A DNA stretch of 64,000 nucleotides from Syntrophales bacterium (GCA_963668175.1 OY764159.1:3808001-3872000); one strand, 5' to 3'. Counted from the first letter of the stretch, positions 42,004 through 51,970 are shown. The notes: generated by a model from the letters alone, not told the origin. Made by a program: numbers and translations.

Positions 42004-43545
42004 CTATTTTAGTTTGGCCAGTACGGCAAAATCCTCTTTCACGTGTTCATAAATGCTCTTGTAGACGCCGAAGAGATCGGCGTACCTTCCCGCGTATTCC
42101 CGGCGGGGCTCGACGACGCGCTCGATCTTGATCACCTGCTTCGCCGCAGAGGCCATATCCTTGTGGATGCCGACGCCGAAACCCGCCAGGATGCTGTTGC
42201 CGATGGCCTCGCTCTCTTTGACCTTCACGACATTCATTCTCTTGCCTGAAACGTCGGCATGGATCTGCTGCCAGATTCTGCTCTTGGCGCCGCCGCCGCT
42301 CAGGTTGACTTCTTCCATTTTCACGCCCAGCGCATTTTCGAACAGGTCGATATTATGAGCGAAGGCGAAGGCCACGCCTTCCAGGATCGCCCTGATGACG
42401 TCCGAGCGCTTGTGGCTTCCCGAAAGCCCGAAGAGAACGCCGCGCGCATACGGGTCCCAGATGGGAGAACGCTCGCCGTTCAGGTACGGCAGATAGATGA
42501 TCCCGTTGGCTCCCGGAGGAGAAAGTTCCGCCTGCTCGTCGAGGTAATCGAAGGCATTGGTCTTCGTGAGGGCGGAAAGGCTCACTTCCTGCTGCCCGAA
42601 CAAATCCCGGAACCACTTGATGGACGATCCCGCGTTTTCCAGGACGCCCAGGGAGAACCAGCAACCGGGAACACCATGGCAGCAGTTGACCACCCGGGGA
42701 TCGAAGACCGGTTTGTCGAGAACGACACAGGGACGCGCCGTCGTGCCGATAACGTGGCAGGTGGCCCCCGGCATCACGGCGCCGGTTCCAATGCCCGCCG
42801 CAGGCGTATCCGCCATGCCGCCGACAACGGGCGTGCCTTTCGCCAGACCCGTGATGGCCGCCGCCTTGTCCGTGACCTCCCCGACAACCTGCCAGGACGG
42901 ATAAAGCGTCGGCAGCTTCTCCATGGGGATGTCCATCTCGCTGCACAGCTCGGCAGACCATTGCTGCTTCCCACCCGTCTCGAACAGGCATGTCCAGCTC
43001 GCCCGCGACCATTCCATCGTGAAGTTTCCCGTCAGCTTGTGGACGACAAATCCACCCGGCCACAGGAATTTGTGCGTCTTCGCGAATATCTCCGGTTCGT
43101 TTTCCTTGATCCATAAAATGATGGGGGCGCTGGTGCCGCTCGCCGCAGGCTGGTTGCCGGTGATCCTGATGACCTTCTCCCCGACCTTCGCCTTGATCCT
43201 GTCGACTTGAGCAATGGTCCGCTTGTCGAACTGCATAATGGCCGGCCGCAGAGGATTACCCTCTTTATCGACCGCCACCAGGGCATTCGTACAGCTGATG
43301 GAGACACCCTTGATCTCTTTGGCGTCGATGCCGCTCTGCGCCAACACTTCCCGCGTCGTATCGACCGTTGCCTGCCACCACCCCGTTTCGGCATCATGCT
43401 CCACCCATGAAATACGCGGGTAGATCAGCGGGTATTCCCGATAGGAACGGGCGACGGTATTGCCCTCGACATCAAGCAGTTCCGTCTTGCATCCCGTCGT
43501 CCCGACATCGATTCCCAACAAAAAAGGCGCACTGAATTGATTCAT
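42004..43545 (-). CDS. FGGY family carbohydrate kinase (xylulokinase-like)
   Basis: LGIDVGTTGCK, GGMAD, YLPYLNGERSPIWD, ILEGVAF, SGGGAKSRIWQQIHAD. Confidence 0.92.
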   Translation of the reverse strand: MNQFSAPFLLGIDVGTTGCKTELLDVEGNTVARSYREYPLIYPRISWVEHDAETGWWQATVDTTREVLAQSGIDAKEIKGVSISCTNALVAVDKEGNPLRPAIMQFDKRTIAQVDRIKAKVGEKVIRITGNQPAASGTSAPIILWIKENEPEIFAKTHKFLWPGGFVVHKLTGNFTMEWSRASWTCLFETGGKQQWSAELCSEMDIPMEKLPTLYPSWQVVGEVTDKAAAITGLAKGTPVVGGMADTPAAGIGTGAVMPGATCHVIGTTARPCVVLDKPVFDPRVVNCCHGVPGCWFSLGVLENAGSSIKWFRDLFGQQEVSLSALTKTNAFDYLDEQAELSPPGANGIIYLPYLNGERSPIWDPYARGVLFGLSGSHKRSDVIRAILEGVAFAFAHNIDLFENALGVKMEEVNLSGGGAKSRIWQQIHADVSGKRMNVVKVKESEAIGNSILAGFGVGIHKDMASAAKQVIKIERVVEPRREYAGRYADLFGVYKSIYEHVKEDFAVLAKLK

Positions 43546-43568
43546 AACTTCATCTTCTCCTCGTTTGA

Positions 43569-44333
43569 TTAAGCAGCCAGCCAGCCCCCGTCGACATTGA
43601 TGACATGACCCGTAATGTAATCGGATGCCGCTGAGGCCAGAAATACAACCGCGCCCTTCAAGTCTTCCGCATCACCGGTTCTGCCGATGGGGATCTTTCC
43701 GAGAACCCATTTGGCCCTTTCGGGATCCTTGAAGAGGGCCGCCGTCAGCTCCGTGATGAAATATCCCGGCGCAATGGCATTCACCTGGATGTTGCTCTTT
43801 GCCAATTCGATCGCAAACTGGCGCGTCATGGAGACGACACCGCCTTTGCTCGTTCCGTAGATGCTGATGTTGCTAAGCCCGATAAAGCTCGACAGGGATG
43901 CGATATTGATGATCTTTCCCTTCTTTTTTTCCACCATCGCTTTCGCCGCCGCCTGGCTCAAAAAATAGATGGATTTCAGATTCACGCTCATCAGGTAATC
44001 GTAATCTTCTTCCGTCATCTCAAAGATAGGCTTGCGAACCTGGGTCCCTGCGGCGTTCAGCAGGATATCGATCTGGCCGTAATGTCCGATGGTGTCTTTT
44101 ATAACCCGCTGGGCCTCGCTGCTTATGGACAGATCGGCGGGCACAACCAGCGCTTTGGCTCCTGTCTTCTTAATCAACGATGCCGTCTCTTCCAATGCGG
44201 AGCCGGTCCTGGCCACCAGCGCCACATCCGCGCCGGCTTCGGCAAGAGCAAGGGCCATTCCCTGGCCCAAGCCCCGGCTTGCACCCGTTACCAGAGCCAC
44301 ACTTCCTTTTAAGTTAAATTTATCCAGAATCAT
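43569..44333 (-). CDS. SDR oxidoreductase (KduD / gluconate 5-dehydrogenase-like)
   Basis: TGASRGLG, NAAG, IINIAS, YGTSK, NAIAPGYF, VDGGWL; AGGAGG RBS before ATG 44333. Confidence 0.9.
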   Translation of the reverse strand: MILDKFNLKGSVALVTGASRGLGQGMALALAEAGADVALVARTGSALEETASLIKKTGAKALVVPADLSISSEAQRVIKDTIGHYGQIDILLNAAGTQVRKPIFEMTEEDYDYLMSVNLKSIYFLSQAAAKAMVEKKKGKIINIASLSSFIGLSNISIYGTSKGGVVSMTRQFAIELAKSNIQVNAIAPGYFITELTAALFKDPERAKWVLGKIPIGRTGDAEDLKGAVVFLASAASDYITGHVINVDGGWLAA

Positions 44334-44412
44334 TTTTTCCTCCTTTAAAGACCGCCTACAGCCGTTGCTATTTATGTAGCGCATACGTGCCTTTAGCTGC
44401 CATGTCTAAAAT

Positions 44413-44467
44413 GTTGCATACAATTTGGGTTGACAATATTGCTATGATTAATTGTATTAATTGTCAA
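44413..44467 (-). promoter_or_regulatory. Promoter (-35 TTGACA) with overlapping GntR/FCD-type boxes for the SDR-TRAP operon
   Basis: TTGACA at 44467-44462 (minus strand); GTTGCATACAAT (44413), TGGGTTGACAAT (44426), ATTGTATTAATT (44451). Confidence 0.6.
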
Positions 44468-44608
44468 GGCCAAATTTACCCTTTCCGCCTCACTGCACCT
44501 TGCAAAAAAAGGCCCACTTGCACGCATAAACAGCAGATATCTCTAGTCTTTATGATTGCATGACCGGGTTCGGATCGTTGATAGGACAAATCAGGGGAAT
44601 ATCGGTAC

Positions 44609-45490
44609 TTATTGTGGCTTGCTGTATCGAAATTCGGAAGGACACATCAGGCAGTGCTTCCGGAAGTAACGAGCAAAATAGGAGGGATCTTCAAAGTTCA
44701 GATAATAGGCTATTTCGGACACGGACATATCGGTGTATCGCAAGAGCCTTTTCGCCTCGATCAGGATGCGGTTCCGGATCACTTCACCCGCCGATCGATT
44801 GATAGTCTTACGAATGGATTCACAGAGATGTCCGGTCGTCACGTGCAGTTGTCTTGCATAATCGGATACAGACGAATTCTTCAGGAAGTCCGTCTCGACG
44901 AGACTCAAGAATCGGCGGGCCAGAGGAGCGCATTTATCATCCAGCGACATCAAGCGCAAATCGTTTGCTATCCGCAATGATTCAATCAGCCATAGCCTTA
45001 AATAAGCGCGCAGGGCCTCTTCTCTGCCCAGTCTTGATATCAAATATTCACCCTCCATCATTCGGGCAATGGACTCGAACTTTTCGAACTGCTCCCATTG
45101 CAGATGTATGACCGGGCTGCCCCCGATGGTGATGAAGATATAGAGTTCTGGGGAATAGGTCGTGTTCATTTCGCCGGAAAGGAGGAACTCAGAGGAGAAC
45201 CTTATCATCATTCCCGAACGATTCCTTGATTTTTCCCAGGAATGAACCCGGCCCGGGGCGAAGAACAGAAGTTGCGGCGTGGTCAAAGGGTAATCTTCAT
45301 AATCGATGGAAATCGCTCCTTCGCCTCCGGAAAGAATAAAGGTCTCGTAAAAATCATGTCGGTGCGGACCGACAACGTTTTGTTTCGCCTTTTCGAACGC
45401 CGCTTCAAGAGACAATACCTCGAAGTAGGGGATTTTATCTCCTATGGCCACATCCGTAATGTTGTAGATAGGAATACTCTTCTGCTTCAT
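44609..45490 (-). CDS. AraC family transcriptional regulator with cupin sensor domain
   Basis: PHRHDFYE, PGRVH, and a C-terminal double HTH (EIAYYLNFEDPSYFARYFRK..PSEFR). Confidence 0.92.
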   Translation of the reverse strand: MKQKSIPIYNITDVAIGDKIPYFEVLSLEAAFEKAKQNVVGPHRHDFYETFILSGGEGAISIDYEDYPLTTPQLLFFAPGRVHSWEKSRNRSGMMIRFSSEFLLSGEMNTTYSPELYIFITIGGSPVIHLQWEQFEKFESIARMMEGEYLISRLGREEALRAYLRLWLIESLRIANDLRLMSLDDKCAPLARRFLSLVETDFLKNSSVSDYARQLHVTTGHLCESIRKTINRSAGEVIRNRILIEAKRLLRYTDMSVSEIAYYLNFEDPSYFARYFRKHCLMCPSEFRYSKPQ

Positions 45491-45830
45491 ACGCCATAAA
45501 ATGAAACAACGGCCTATTTTTGTCAACTTTTTTTGCAGTCCTGTTCATATTGTCAGGTATGCCGAAGCTATGCTGCGGAGCTATCTTATCCTTTTTCAGA
45601 CGCGGTTGAAACGGAGTATCAGAATTTATTTTTTGATTCAACGGGTAGGGGAATATTCCGGCGCCTTCACTGCCGAAGAGAAAAAAAGGATACTGCCTGA
45701 AATGCATGAAGGCCTTCCCCCCCATCGGGGGATAAAGCCCTCATGCACATGAATATCTGCTTCAAACCGCGGATTCCTATCGGATGAGACGATAGAACAC
45801 ACCGGCGGCGGATGACTATCCGCTCATATA

Positions 45831-46388
45831 TCATACGTACTCGAGTACAACGGCCATATGATCGGTCAGTTCCACGAGAATTTCGAGGTCATCCAAACAA
45901 AAAGCCGACGGCCTGTCGCTGTCGACAACAAGAACGCCTAAGACATTTCGTTCGCTTATGATCGGTACGGCCAGCTTCGATCTGATACCCGGGATGTATT
46001 CGATATAACGGGGCTCGTCATAAATATCGGCAATCAGTAGCGGTATTCCATGAGCAGCAGCGCAACCGGCAATACCTTCACCTATCCTTATGCTGAACTT
46101 TTTAACGTCGATTTCCTCGCCGCGCCCGATATGAAGAACGATTCTTAAATGCTCCCGGGCCGCTATGAAGAGCGTACATACAGACGCGTCGGTCATCTTC
46201 ATGACACTCTTCATGACGGCTTCAATGCGTTTATCCAGATTTAACTTGGATACCGTCTTTTGGGTATCTTTAGGAAACGTCAATATCCTGGCATGCTTCC
46301 TCTGATATCGTCTTTTATATTCTGTATTTTCAGAACTATCCGATAAACATTCCACTGCCGATGCATCGGAGATACTGTTGACATTCAT
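45831..46388 (-). CDS. Stand-alone GAF domain protein
   Basis: GEGIAG..G.PLLIADIYDEPRY, RSKLAVPI, GVLVVDS..AF. Confidence 0.85.
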   Translation of the reverse strand: MNVNSISDASAVECLSDSSENTEYKRRYQRKHARILTFPKDTQKTVSKLNLDKRIEAVMKSVMKMTDASVCTLFIAAREHLRIVLHIGRGEEIDVKKFSIRIGEGIAGCAAAHGIPLLIADIYDEPRYIEYIPGIRSKLAVPIISERNVLGVLVVDSDRPSAFCLDDLEILVELTDHMAVVLEYV

Positions 46389-46504
46389 TTTTTTCAGTCA
46401 CGCCTTCCACACGACACAACCGTGATATCGCCTAAAGGCCCTTTTTTGCTATAACCTGCCTCAGTTTCAAAATCATCTTTGAAACCATATAATTCACCAG
46501 ATAA

Positions 46505-47284
46505 CTACTTCTTCGCCGCCCTGGCTGCCGCAAGCTTTGCCTGGAGGGCATCGATGCGCTGGTGGTTGTCCTCGGAGCCGATATACGTCCTGAACAGCCA
46601 TTCCTGGACCTTCATGGCGCCGTCAAGGTCTTCGTCCAGAATGTGGTTCGCAAGCTGCTTCGTCTCCTTCAGGCACATACGGTCGTAGGAGGCCATCTCC
46701 TTCGCGATCGCCATGACAGACGTCAGCAACTGCCCTTCCGGGAACACCTTCGTCACGTAGCCCATCTTCTCCGCCTCGTACGCATCGTAGATACGGCCCG
46801 TCAGCGCCACTTCCTTCGCACGGCCCAGACCGATGATACGCCACAGCGGGTCCATGATCGGCGTCAGCGACAGAACGATTTCCCGCTGACCGAACTTCGC
46901 CCGTTCGGACGCATACCGGATATCGCACATCAAGGTCAGGTCGAATCCGCCCGCGATGGCCGGCCCGCCAACGGCGCAGATCACCGGCTGCTCGCAGAAC
47001 ATGATCGCACGGTACGCTCGGTGGAACAGCGCCGTGTAGTCCTCGTTCGAGACCTTCTCCAGCTTCCGGATGATCGTGAGATCGAAGCCCGCCGAGAAGT
47101 ACTTCTCGCCGCCCGTGAACACGACCACGTTCACGTCCTGACGCTTCGCGATCTCCGTAAAGATATATTCCACTTCCTGAAGAACCTCGGGCGCCAGCGC
47201 ATTCCCCTTGTCCGGACGATGGATCGTCACCGTCGCCACCTTGTCTTCCACATTCAACAGCAGATACTTCATGTCCATAAGCAT
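46505..47284 (-). CDS. Enoyl-CoA hydratase/isomerase (crotonase superfamily)
   Basis: VATVTIHRPDKGNAL, FSAGFDL, AIAGGFDL (Asp at the first Glu position), FGQRE. Confidence 0.9.
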   Translation of the reverse strand: MLMDMKYLLLNVEDKVATVTIHRPDKGNALAPEVLQEVEYIFTEIAKRQDVNVVVFTGGEKYFSAGFDLTIIRKLEKVSNEDYTALFHRAYRAIMFCEQPVICAVGGPAIAGGFDLTLMCDIRYASERAKFGQREIVLSLTPIMDPLWRIIGLGRAKEVALTGRIYDAYEAEKMGYVTKVFPEGQLLTSVMAIAKEMASYDRMCLKETKQLANHILDEDLDGAMKVQEWLFRTYIGSEDNHQRIDALQAKLAAARAAKK

Positions 47285-47301
47285 ACTCCTCTATTCTATG
47301 A

Positions 47302-48441
47302 TTAGCGCAAATACTCCGCCGCAGCCATGATACGCTGGATCTCGTTTACGCCCTCGTAGATCTCCGCCAGCTTCATGTCGCGGAAGATCCGCTCCACGTT
47401 GAACTCCTTCGAATACGAAAACGCGCCCAACACCTGCATCGCATTGCTCGCCACACGATGGCACGCCTGCGACACAAACAGCCGCGTCCGCGCAGACTTG
47501 AACAGGATGTCCTGCTTCTGGGACTTGTGGTACGCCGTCGCATACGTATAGTAACGCGCCGCCTCCACATCCGAAGACATCTCGCCCAGAAGCCACTGGA
47601 TCGTCTGGAAACTCGTGATCGGCTTGCCTCGCTGCACGCGCTCCTTCGCATACTTGATCGCCTCTTCGAACGCGCCCTGGGCCATGCCCACGCATTCCGC
47701 GGATATGCCCAGCTTGCCGATCGCGATCTCCGTCGTCAGGATCTTGAAGCCCTTGCCGCGGTTCGCCTCGCCGCCCGTCGTGTTCTCGATCGGCACCCGA
47801 ACGTCTTCAAGGACCACATCGGCCACTTCCATCCCGTTCATGCCCATCTTCTCCACCAGCTTCGGCGTCGAATAACCCTTCGCATCCTTCGGAACGATAA
47901 TGTTCGTCACCTTCCCGTCCTTCGCCACGTCCTTGCAGAATACAACGATGTAACCGGGAAGCGTCGAGTTCGTGATGAAGATCTTCTCGCCGTTGATCAC
48001 CCATTCGTTGCCGTCCTGAACGCACGTCGTCTTGATGTTGTCCGGGTCCGATCCCGTCGACGGCTCCGTGAAGGCAAAACTCCCCACAGCCTCTCCCGCC
48101 ACGATCTGCGGCAGGTACTTCTTCTTCTGCTCCTCCGTCCCGAAGTCGTTGATCGTCCCCGCACAGAGGCAGTTCACCGAGATGTGGCCGCCGATCGAAC
48201 AATACACCCGAGACAGCTCCTCGATCACCATCACGTACTCCAGGTACGTGCTCCCCACCCCGCCGTACGCAGCAGGGTACTGTATCCCGTAAAAGCTCAG
48301 CTCCCGCATCTTCTTGATCAGCTCGCGGGGAGTACGCTTCTTCTCCTCCATCTCCGGGATCAAAGGGCGAATCTCCGTCTCCGCGAACTTCCGCGCGGTA
48401 TCCCTGAACATCACTTGTTCTTCCGTCAAACCAAATTCCAT
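47302..48441 (-). CDS. Acyl-CoA dehydrogenase
   Basis: FAFTEPSTGSD, INGEKIFITN, KMG, RVQRGKPITSFQ, IYEGVNEIQR. Confidence 0.95.
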   Translation of the reverse strand: MEFGLTEEQVMFRDTARKFAETEIRPLIPEMEEKKRTPRELIKKMRELSFYGIQYPAAYGGVGSTYLEYVMVIEELSRVYCSIGGHISVNCLCAGTINDFGTEEQKKKYLPQIVAGEAVGSFAFTEPSTGSDPDNIKTTCVQDGNEWVINGEKIFITNSTLPGYIVVFCKDVAKDGKVTNIIVPKDAKGYSTPKLVEKMGMNGMEVADVVLEDVRVPIENTTGGEANRGKGFKILTTEIAIGKLGISAECVGMAQGAFEEAIKYAKERVQRGKPITSFQTIQWLLGEMSSDVEAARYYTYATAYHKSQKQDILFKSARTRLFVSQACHRVASNAMQVLGAFSYSKEFNVERIFRDMKLAEIYEGVNEIQRIMAAAEYLR

Positions 48442-48486
48442 AGATTCCTCCAGTTATATGTTTAATCCAGATTCGATCCTTTTCTC

Positions 48487-49959
48487 TTAATACCAGGAAC
48501 GCTTCGCACGGAAGATCCCCTTCGTCGATTCCTTCACCGGAATCCCCGCCAGCTTCTTCACCAGGTTCTTCGAATGCTCGATGTTGTGGTCGCGGTAGAT
48601 AGCCACCTTCTCGATCACGGGCGAACCCCCGCCGTGCAGCGCGTCGATCAGCTTGTGGCCGCCCCACGTCGACGTCATCATGTCCTGGAACAGACGGAAC
48701 GCACGGTGCTGATCCTCGCCCGATACATCCGGATTCCTCATGATGTATTTCTCCAGGAACGGACCGATCTTCTTGTCCGCAAAATCCTCCTCCGCAGGCA
48801 GCGTACAAGCCAAACCGCCAGCGATCGCCGCCAGGTGCTCGTACTCCTGGTAGATCGACTCGCCCGCCAGCATCCGGCCCGCGTTCACGTAGTTCGTATC
48901 CGGTACGTACGTCCCCGAATCCGCACGCGTCGAATGGATCGCCGACGCAATCCCCGCCGCATAGATCAAATCCACGATCTGGATCATCTCCGCCAACGTA
49001 TGACGAACATGGCCCGCATTGCCGATCCCGTTGTACTCCGCCGCCAGCGCCGTCGCTCCCAGAACAACCTCGGAAAGCGCCGCCTTGCAGCCCGTGTAGC
49101 TGTGTCGGTGGAACAACGCAAAATACAGCGCCGCCTTGCCCGCCTGCTCCGTCTCGCCGCACAAAAACACACGCTCCCACGGCACAAACACATGGTCCAA
49201 TATCGTCAACGAATGCGAAAAACCGATGTTCGAATGCGGAGCCATCAGCTTTTGACGCTGAGGTGGATGGAACGGCGCATTCACCAGCGTCACGCCCTCC
49301 GCGTCCGCCGGAATCGCAAACGCCACCGCCCAGTCCGACTCGTCTTCCATCATGTTCCGGTAAGGCAAAAAGATGATCTCGTCCGCATACACCGACGCCG
49401 AGTTGTGCGCCTTCGCCCCGTTCACGATGATGCCGTCCGGCCTCTTCTCCACCACACGCACATACAAATCCGGGTCCTTCTGCTTCGCAGGACGCCACGC
49501 ACGGTTACCCTTCGCGTCCGTCTGCGCACACACCAGACACAGGTCCTCTTTCTGCACCTTCTTCAGGTATTCCAGAAACCGCTTGTTGTACTCCGTCCCG
49601 TGCTTCTGGTCCGCATCGTACGTCGCAATCGACAGCGAGTTCAAGCCGTCCACGCCCATGCAGCGCTGGATGCAACCGCCCACTTCCTGGCAGTACAGAC
49701 GCGTCATCTTCTGCTTGTTCAAAAGGTCTTCCACGCTCTGATGGATATGCGTGTAGCGGTTGATCGTCTCGCCCGTCAGATGCGACTTCGTCACACCCAC
49801 GCTCTCAAAATCCGGGTCCTTCACAAAATCGTACGTCGTCGTCATGACGTTGATGCCCCCGACGATCGACGGATCGAACCTGTCCACAAACTGCCCTCTC
49901 TGAAATACATTCCGCCGCATCTTTGCAATGCGCTCCCTGTATTGCTTTCCCGTTATCAT
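48487..49959 (-). CDS. 4-hydroxybutyryl-CoA dehydratase (AbfD)-family protein, paralogue 2
   Basis: SHLTGETINR, GGCIQRCMGVD, QTDAKGNR, VFVPWERVFLCGE, HRHSYTGCK, HGGGSP. Confidence 0.9.
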   Translation of the reverse strand: MITGKQYRERIAKMRRNVFQRGQFVDRFDPSIVGGINVMTTTYDFVKDPDFESVGVTKSHLTGETINRYTHIHQSVEDLLNKQKMTRLYCQEVGGCIQRCMGVDGLNSLSIATYDADQKHGTEYNKRFLEYLKKVQKEDLCLVCAQTDAKGNRAWRPAKQKDPDLYVRVVEKRPDGIIVNGAKAHNSASVYADEIIFLPYRNMMEDESDWAVAFAIPADAEGVTLVNAPFHPPQRQKLMAPHSNIGFSHSLTILDHVFVPWERVFLCGETEQAGKAALYFALFHRHSYTGCKAALSEVVLGATALAAEYNGIGNAGHVRHTLAEMIQIVDLIYAAGIASAIHSTRADSGTYVPDTNYVNAGRMLAGESIYQEYEHLAAIAGGLACTLPAEEDFADKKIGPFLEKYIMRNPDVSGEDQHRAFRLFQDMMTSTWGGHKLIDALHGGGSPVIEKVAIYRDHNIEHSKNLVKKLAGIPVKESTKGIFRAKRSWY

Positions 49960-50052
49960 GTTTCAAACTCCTTATTCGTTTTGATATTTTATTTGTTTAA
50001 TGACGATATTTTTTTCTTCATCCGCTCTATGCCGATCCGCCGGCAACAACGT

Positions 50053-50109
50053 ATTGTCTATAATATTGTCGACACTATTGTATGTACCTCTCCGGAGTAC
50101 CATTGTCAA
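50053..50109 (-). promoter_or_regulatory. Promoter with three tandem 12-bp GntR/FCD-type boxes
   Basis: ATTGTCTATAAT-ATTGTCGACACT-ATTGTATGTACC (50053-50088) downstream of TTGACA (50109-50104, minus strand). Confidence 0.7.
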
Positions 50110-50425
50110 GTGTTTTTTAGCCGTTACGGAAGAAATGCGAATCAGGGGTGGATTCGTGTAATACAATATAATAATTAGCGATTGACGGCATTCCGCTTAG
50201 GCATAGGCAGGGACTGCTTCAAAATACCGCCTTGTCTGGTCATCGTGAATTGGTGAAATGATATGGGGCCTGGTCCGGTTGGTATCCGGAAGGTGCTCTT
50301 CTTCTGAAAAGAGAAGATGATGTTCAAAATCCTTGCAGGAAATGACTTGGAAACTATAACCGACGAATTTTTCGACTGATTTATGTACCTTTACCTTAAT
50401 TTTTGCGGAGGAACCCGTGAATCGT

Positions 50426-51097
50426 TTAGAGAAGCAAATTTCTGCCTATGGACAGCGACTCGATGACAAAACGTTTCGTCGTCCGCACGTGAAGGATCAT
50501 GCTCTGCTCGGCGGAGTCCGCCTCTTTCTTCTTACATGAATCCAAGATGGCCGCATGATGTTCTATGTACGTCTCGAATGCCCTCTCATAACTTACCGAC
50601 ATGTTTTGATAATGATAAGTCCTTCGTTTCAGCATGACGATCAACTGGCTGATCGTTTCATTTCCCGCCTTCTCACGGAAATAGCCGTGAAACTGGGCAT
50701 TGTTCTGCAGCCACAAAGGAATATCCTTGTCTTTGGCCGCTTTGATCAACTTCCTATGAATGTCGGATAGGTTTATGATATCCTTGTTATCCATCCTGTC
50801 GACGCTGATTCGGACTGCGTATCCCTCCAGCAACGCCCGCGATTCATAGATGTCTTCAATCTGGTTTATGGACAGTTTCCTGACCTCGATCCCTTTGTTC
50901 CTTTCGAAACTGAGCAGTCCTTCGCTTTCCAACTGTCTCAATGCTTCTCGAATCGGGCTCCGGCTGACGCCATAAATATCCGACAGTTTTTTTTCCGTCA
51001 GCCTTTCGCCGGGCATGAGGTTCCCGTAGGTTATATCATCTCTTATTCTCTCATAAATGTTCTGCCGTATCGATTTATCACTTTGTCCTTCGGCCAT
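50426..51097 (-). CDS. GntR family (FCD) transcriptional regulator
   Basis: PGERLTE..GVSRSPIREALRQLESEGL wHTH; FCD domain with NAQFH, EHHAAIL, MILHV. Confidence 0.95.
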   Translation of the reverse strand: MAEGQSDKSIRQNIYERIRDDITYGNLMPGERLTEKKLSDIYGVSRSPIREALRQLESEGLLSFERNKGIEVRKLSINQIEDIYESRALLEGYAVRISVDRMDNKDIINLSDIHRKLIKAAKDKDIPLWLQNNAQFHGYFREKAGNETISQLIVMLKRRTYHYQNMSVSYERAFETYIEHHAAILDSCKKKEADSAEQSMILHVRTTKRFVIESLSIGRNLLL

Positions 51098-51184
51098 TTT
51101 CGTGCCTGTCCTATTCTTTTATTTTATTGAGTTGCCCACGGGTTCTGCGATTGCCATAAAAATCTATATGTTACAACACGAAAT

Positions 51185-51226
51185 ATTGTATACGCTGCTA
51201 TTAACATCACACCTATCCGCTGTCAA
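51185..51226 (-). promoter_or_regulatory. gntR promoter with putative autoregulatory box
   Basis: TTGACA (51226-51221, minus strand) and ATTGTATACGCT at 51185-51196. Confidence 0.55.
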
Positions 51227-51258
51227 GGTAATATGGAATTGATTTTTCTTCATTCAAA

Positions 51259-51954
51259 TCATGCAATTACCGTCTCTCTAGCTATTTTCTGCAACTGTGT
51301 CGCCTGTGAAACGGATAGGTCGCTGAGTATTTCCCCTCTGTTTATCAACCTGCCGGATAACCCTTCCGGGGAGGCACCGTAGATAGAAGCATAAAAAACG
51401 CAGGCTGCCAGATATGCCCCTATCTGATTGGAATGCCGCCCATCTTCGTCGTATAGATCCAGATCGGGATACTGCATCAGAGCATTCTCCCAAGCCAGTC
51501 CTACCGGCACCAATTTTGCTCCGAGTCCCGAAGCCGTTCTCTCATAGGCTTCCGTAATGTCTTTCTGTGTCTCACGGCGATTCCGGTTTGCCCATGTCAT
51601 GTACAGGGCCACTCTTCCTCTGTTTCTTAATATCTCATCGTTCAGTCTGCTCGCATTCAGAAGCATTTTATCCGGATCATCGAGAGGACCGGAACTCTTT
51701 TCCTGAAGGACGACATAGTCCCATATTCCCTGTGCAATGAACGACCGGCTTCGCTCATTCTGCCAATGCCATTCAAGACTCACACCGGCACCTGCATTGA
51801 CTTCGACTTCCAGGTCTTTCCCTGAATCCGACGCCCTGACCAGAGAAACCAACAGTCTCGGGACATCGTGTCTGTATGTGTGACTGTTACCCAAAAACAA
51901 TATTCTGCTGCAACATGCAGGTCCATCCATACCGACCTTCTGTACCTTACTCAA
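51259..51954 (-). CDS. SGNH/GDSL-like hydrolase
   Basis: ILFLGNSHT, WDYVVLQE, PVGLAW, DGRHSN..GAYLAAC. Start uncertain (51954 TTG or 51930 ATG). Confidence 0.8.
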   Translation of the reverse strand: MSKVQKVGMDGPACCSRILFLGNSHTYRHDVPRLLVSLVRASDSGKDLEVEVNAGAGVSLEWHWQNERSRSFIAQGIWDYVVLQEKSSGPLDDPDKMLLNASRLNDEILRNRGRVALYMTWANRNRRETQKDITEAYERTASGLGAKLVPVGLAWENALMQYPDLDLYDEDGRHSNQIGAYLAACVFYASIYGASPEGLSGRLINRGEILSDLSVSQATQLQKIARETVIA

Positions 51955-51970
51955 ATATGTCCATGCGTCA

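Noticed and set aside
50053..50088. Tandem 12-bp repeats as a CRISPR array or replication iterons
   Set aside because: Only three degenerate units with no spacers and no cas or rep genes. They overlap a promoter, so an operator is the better reading.
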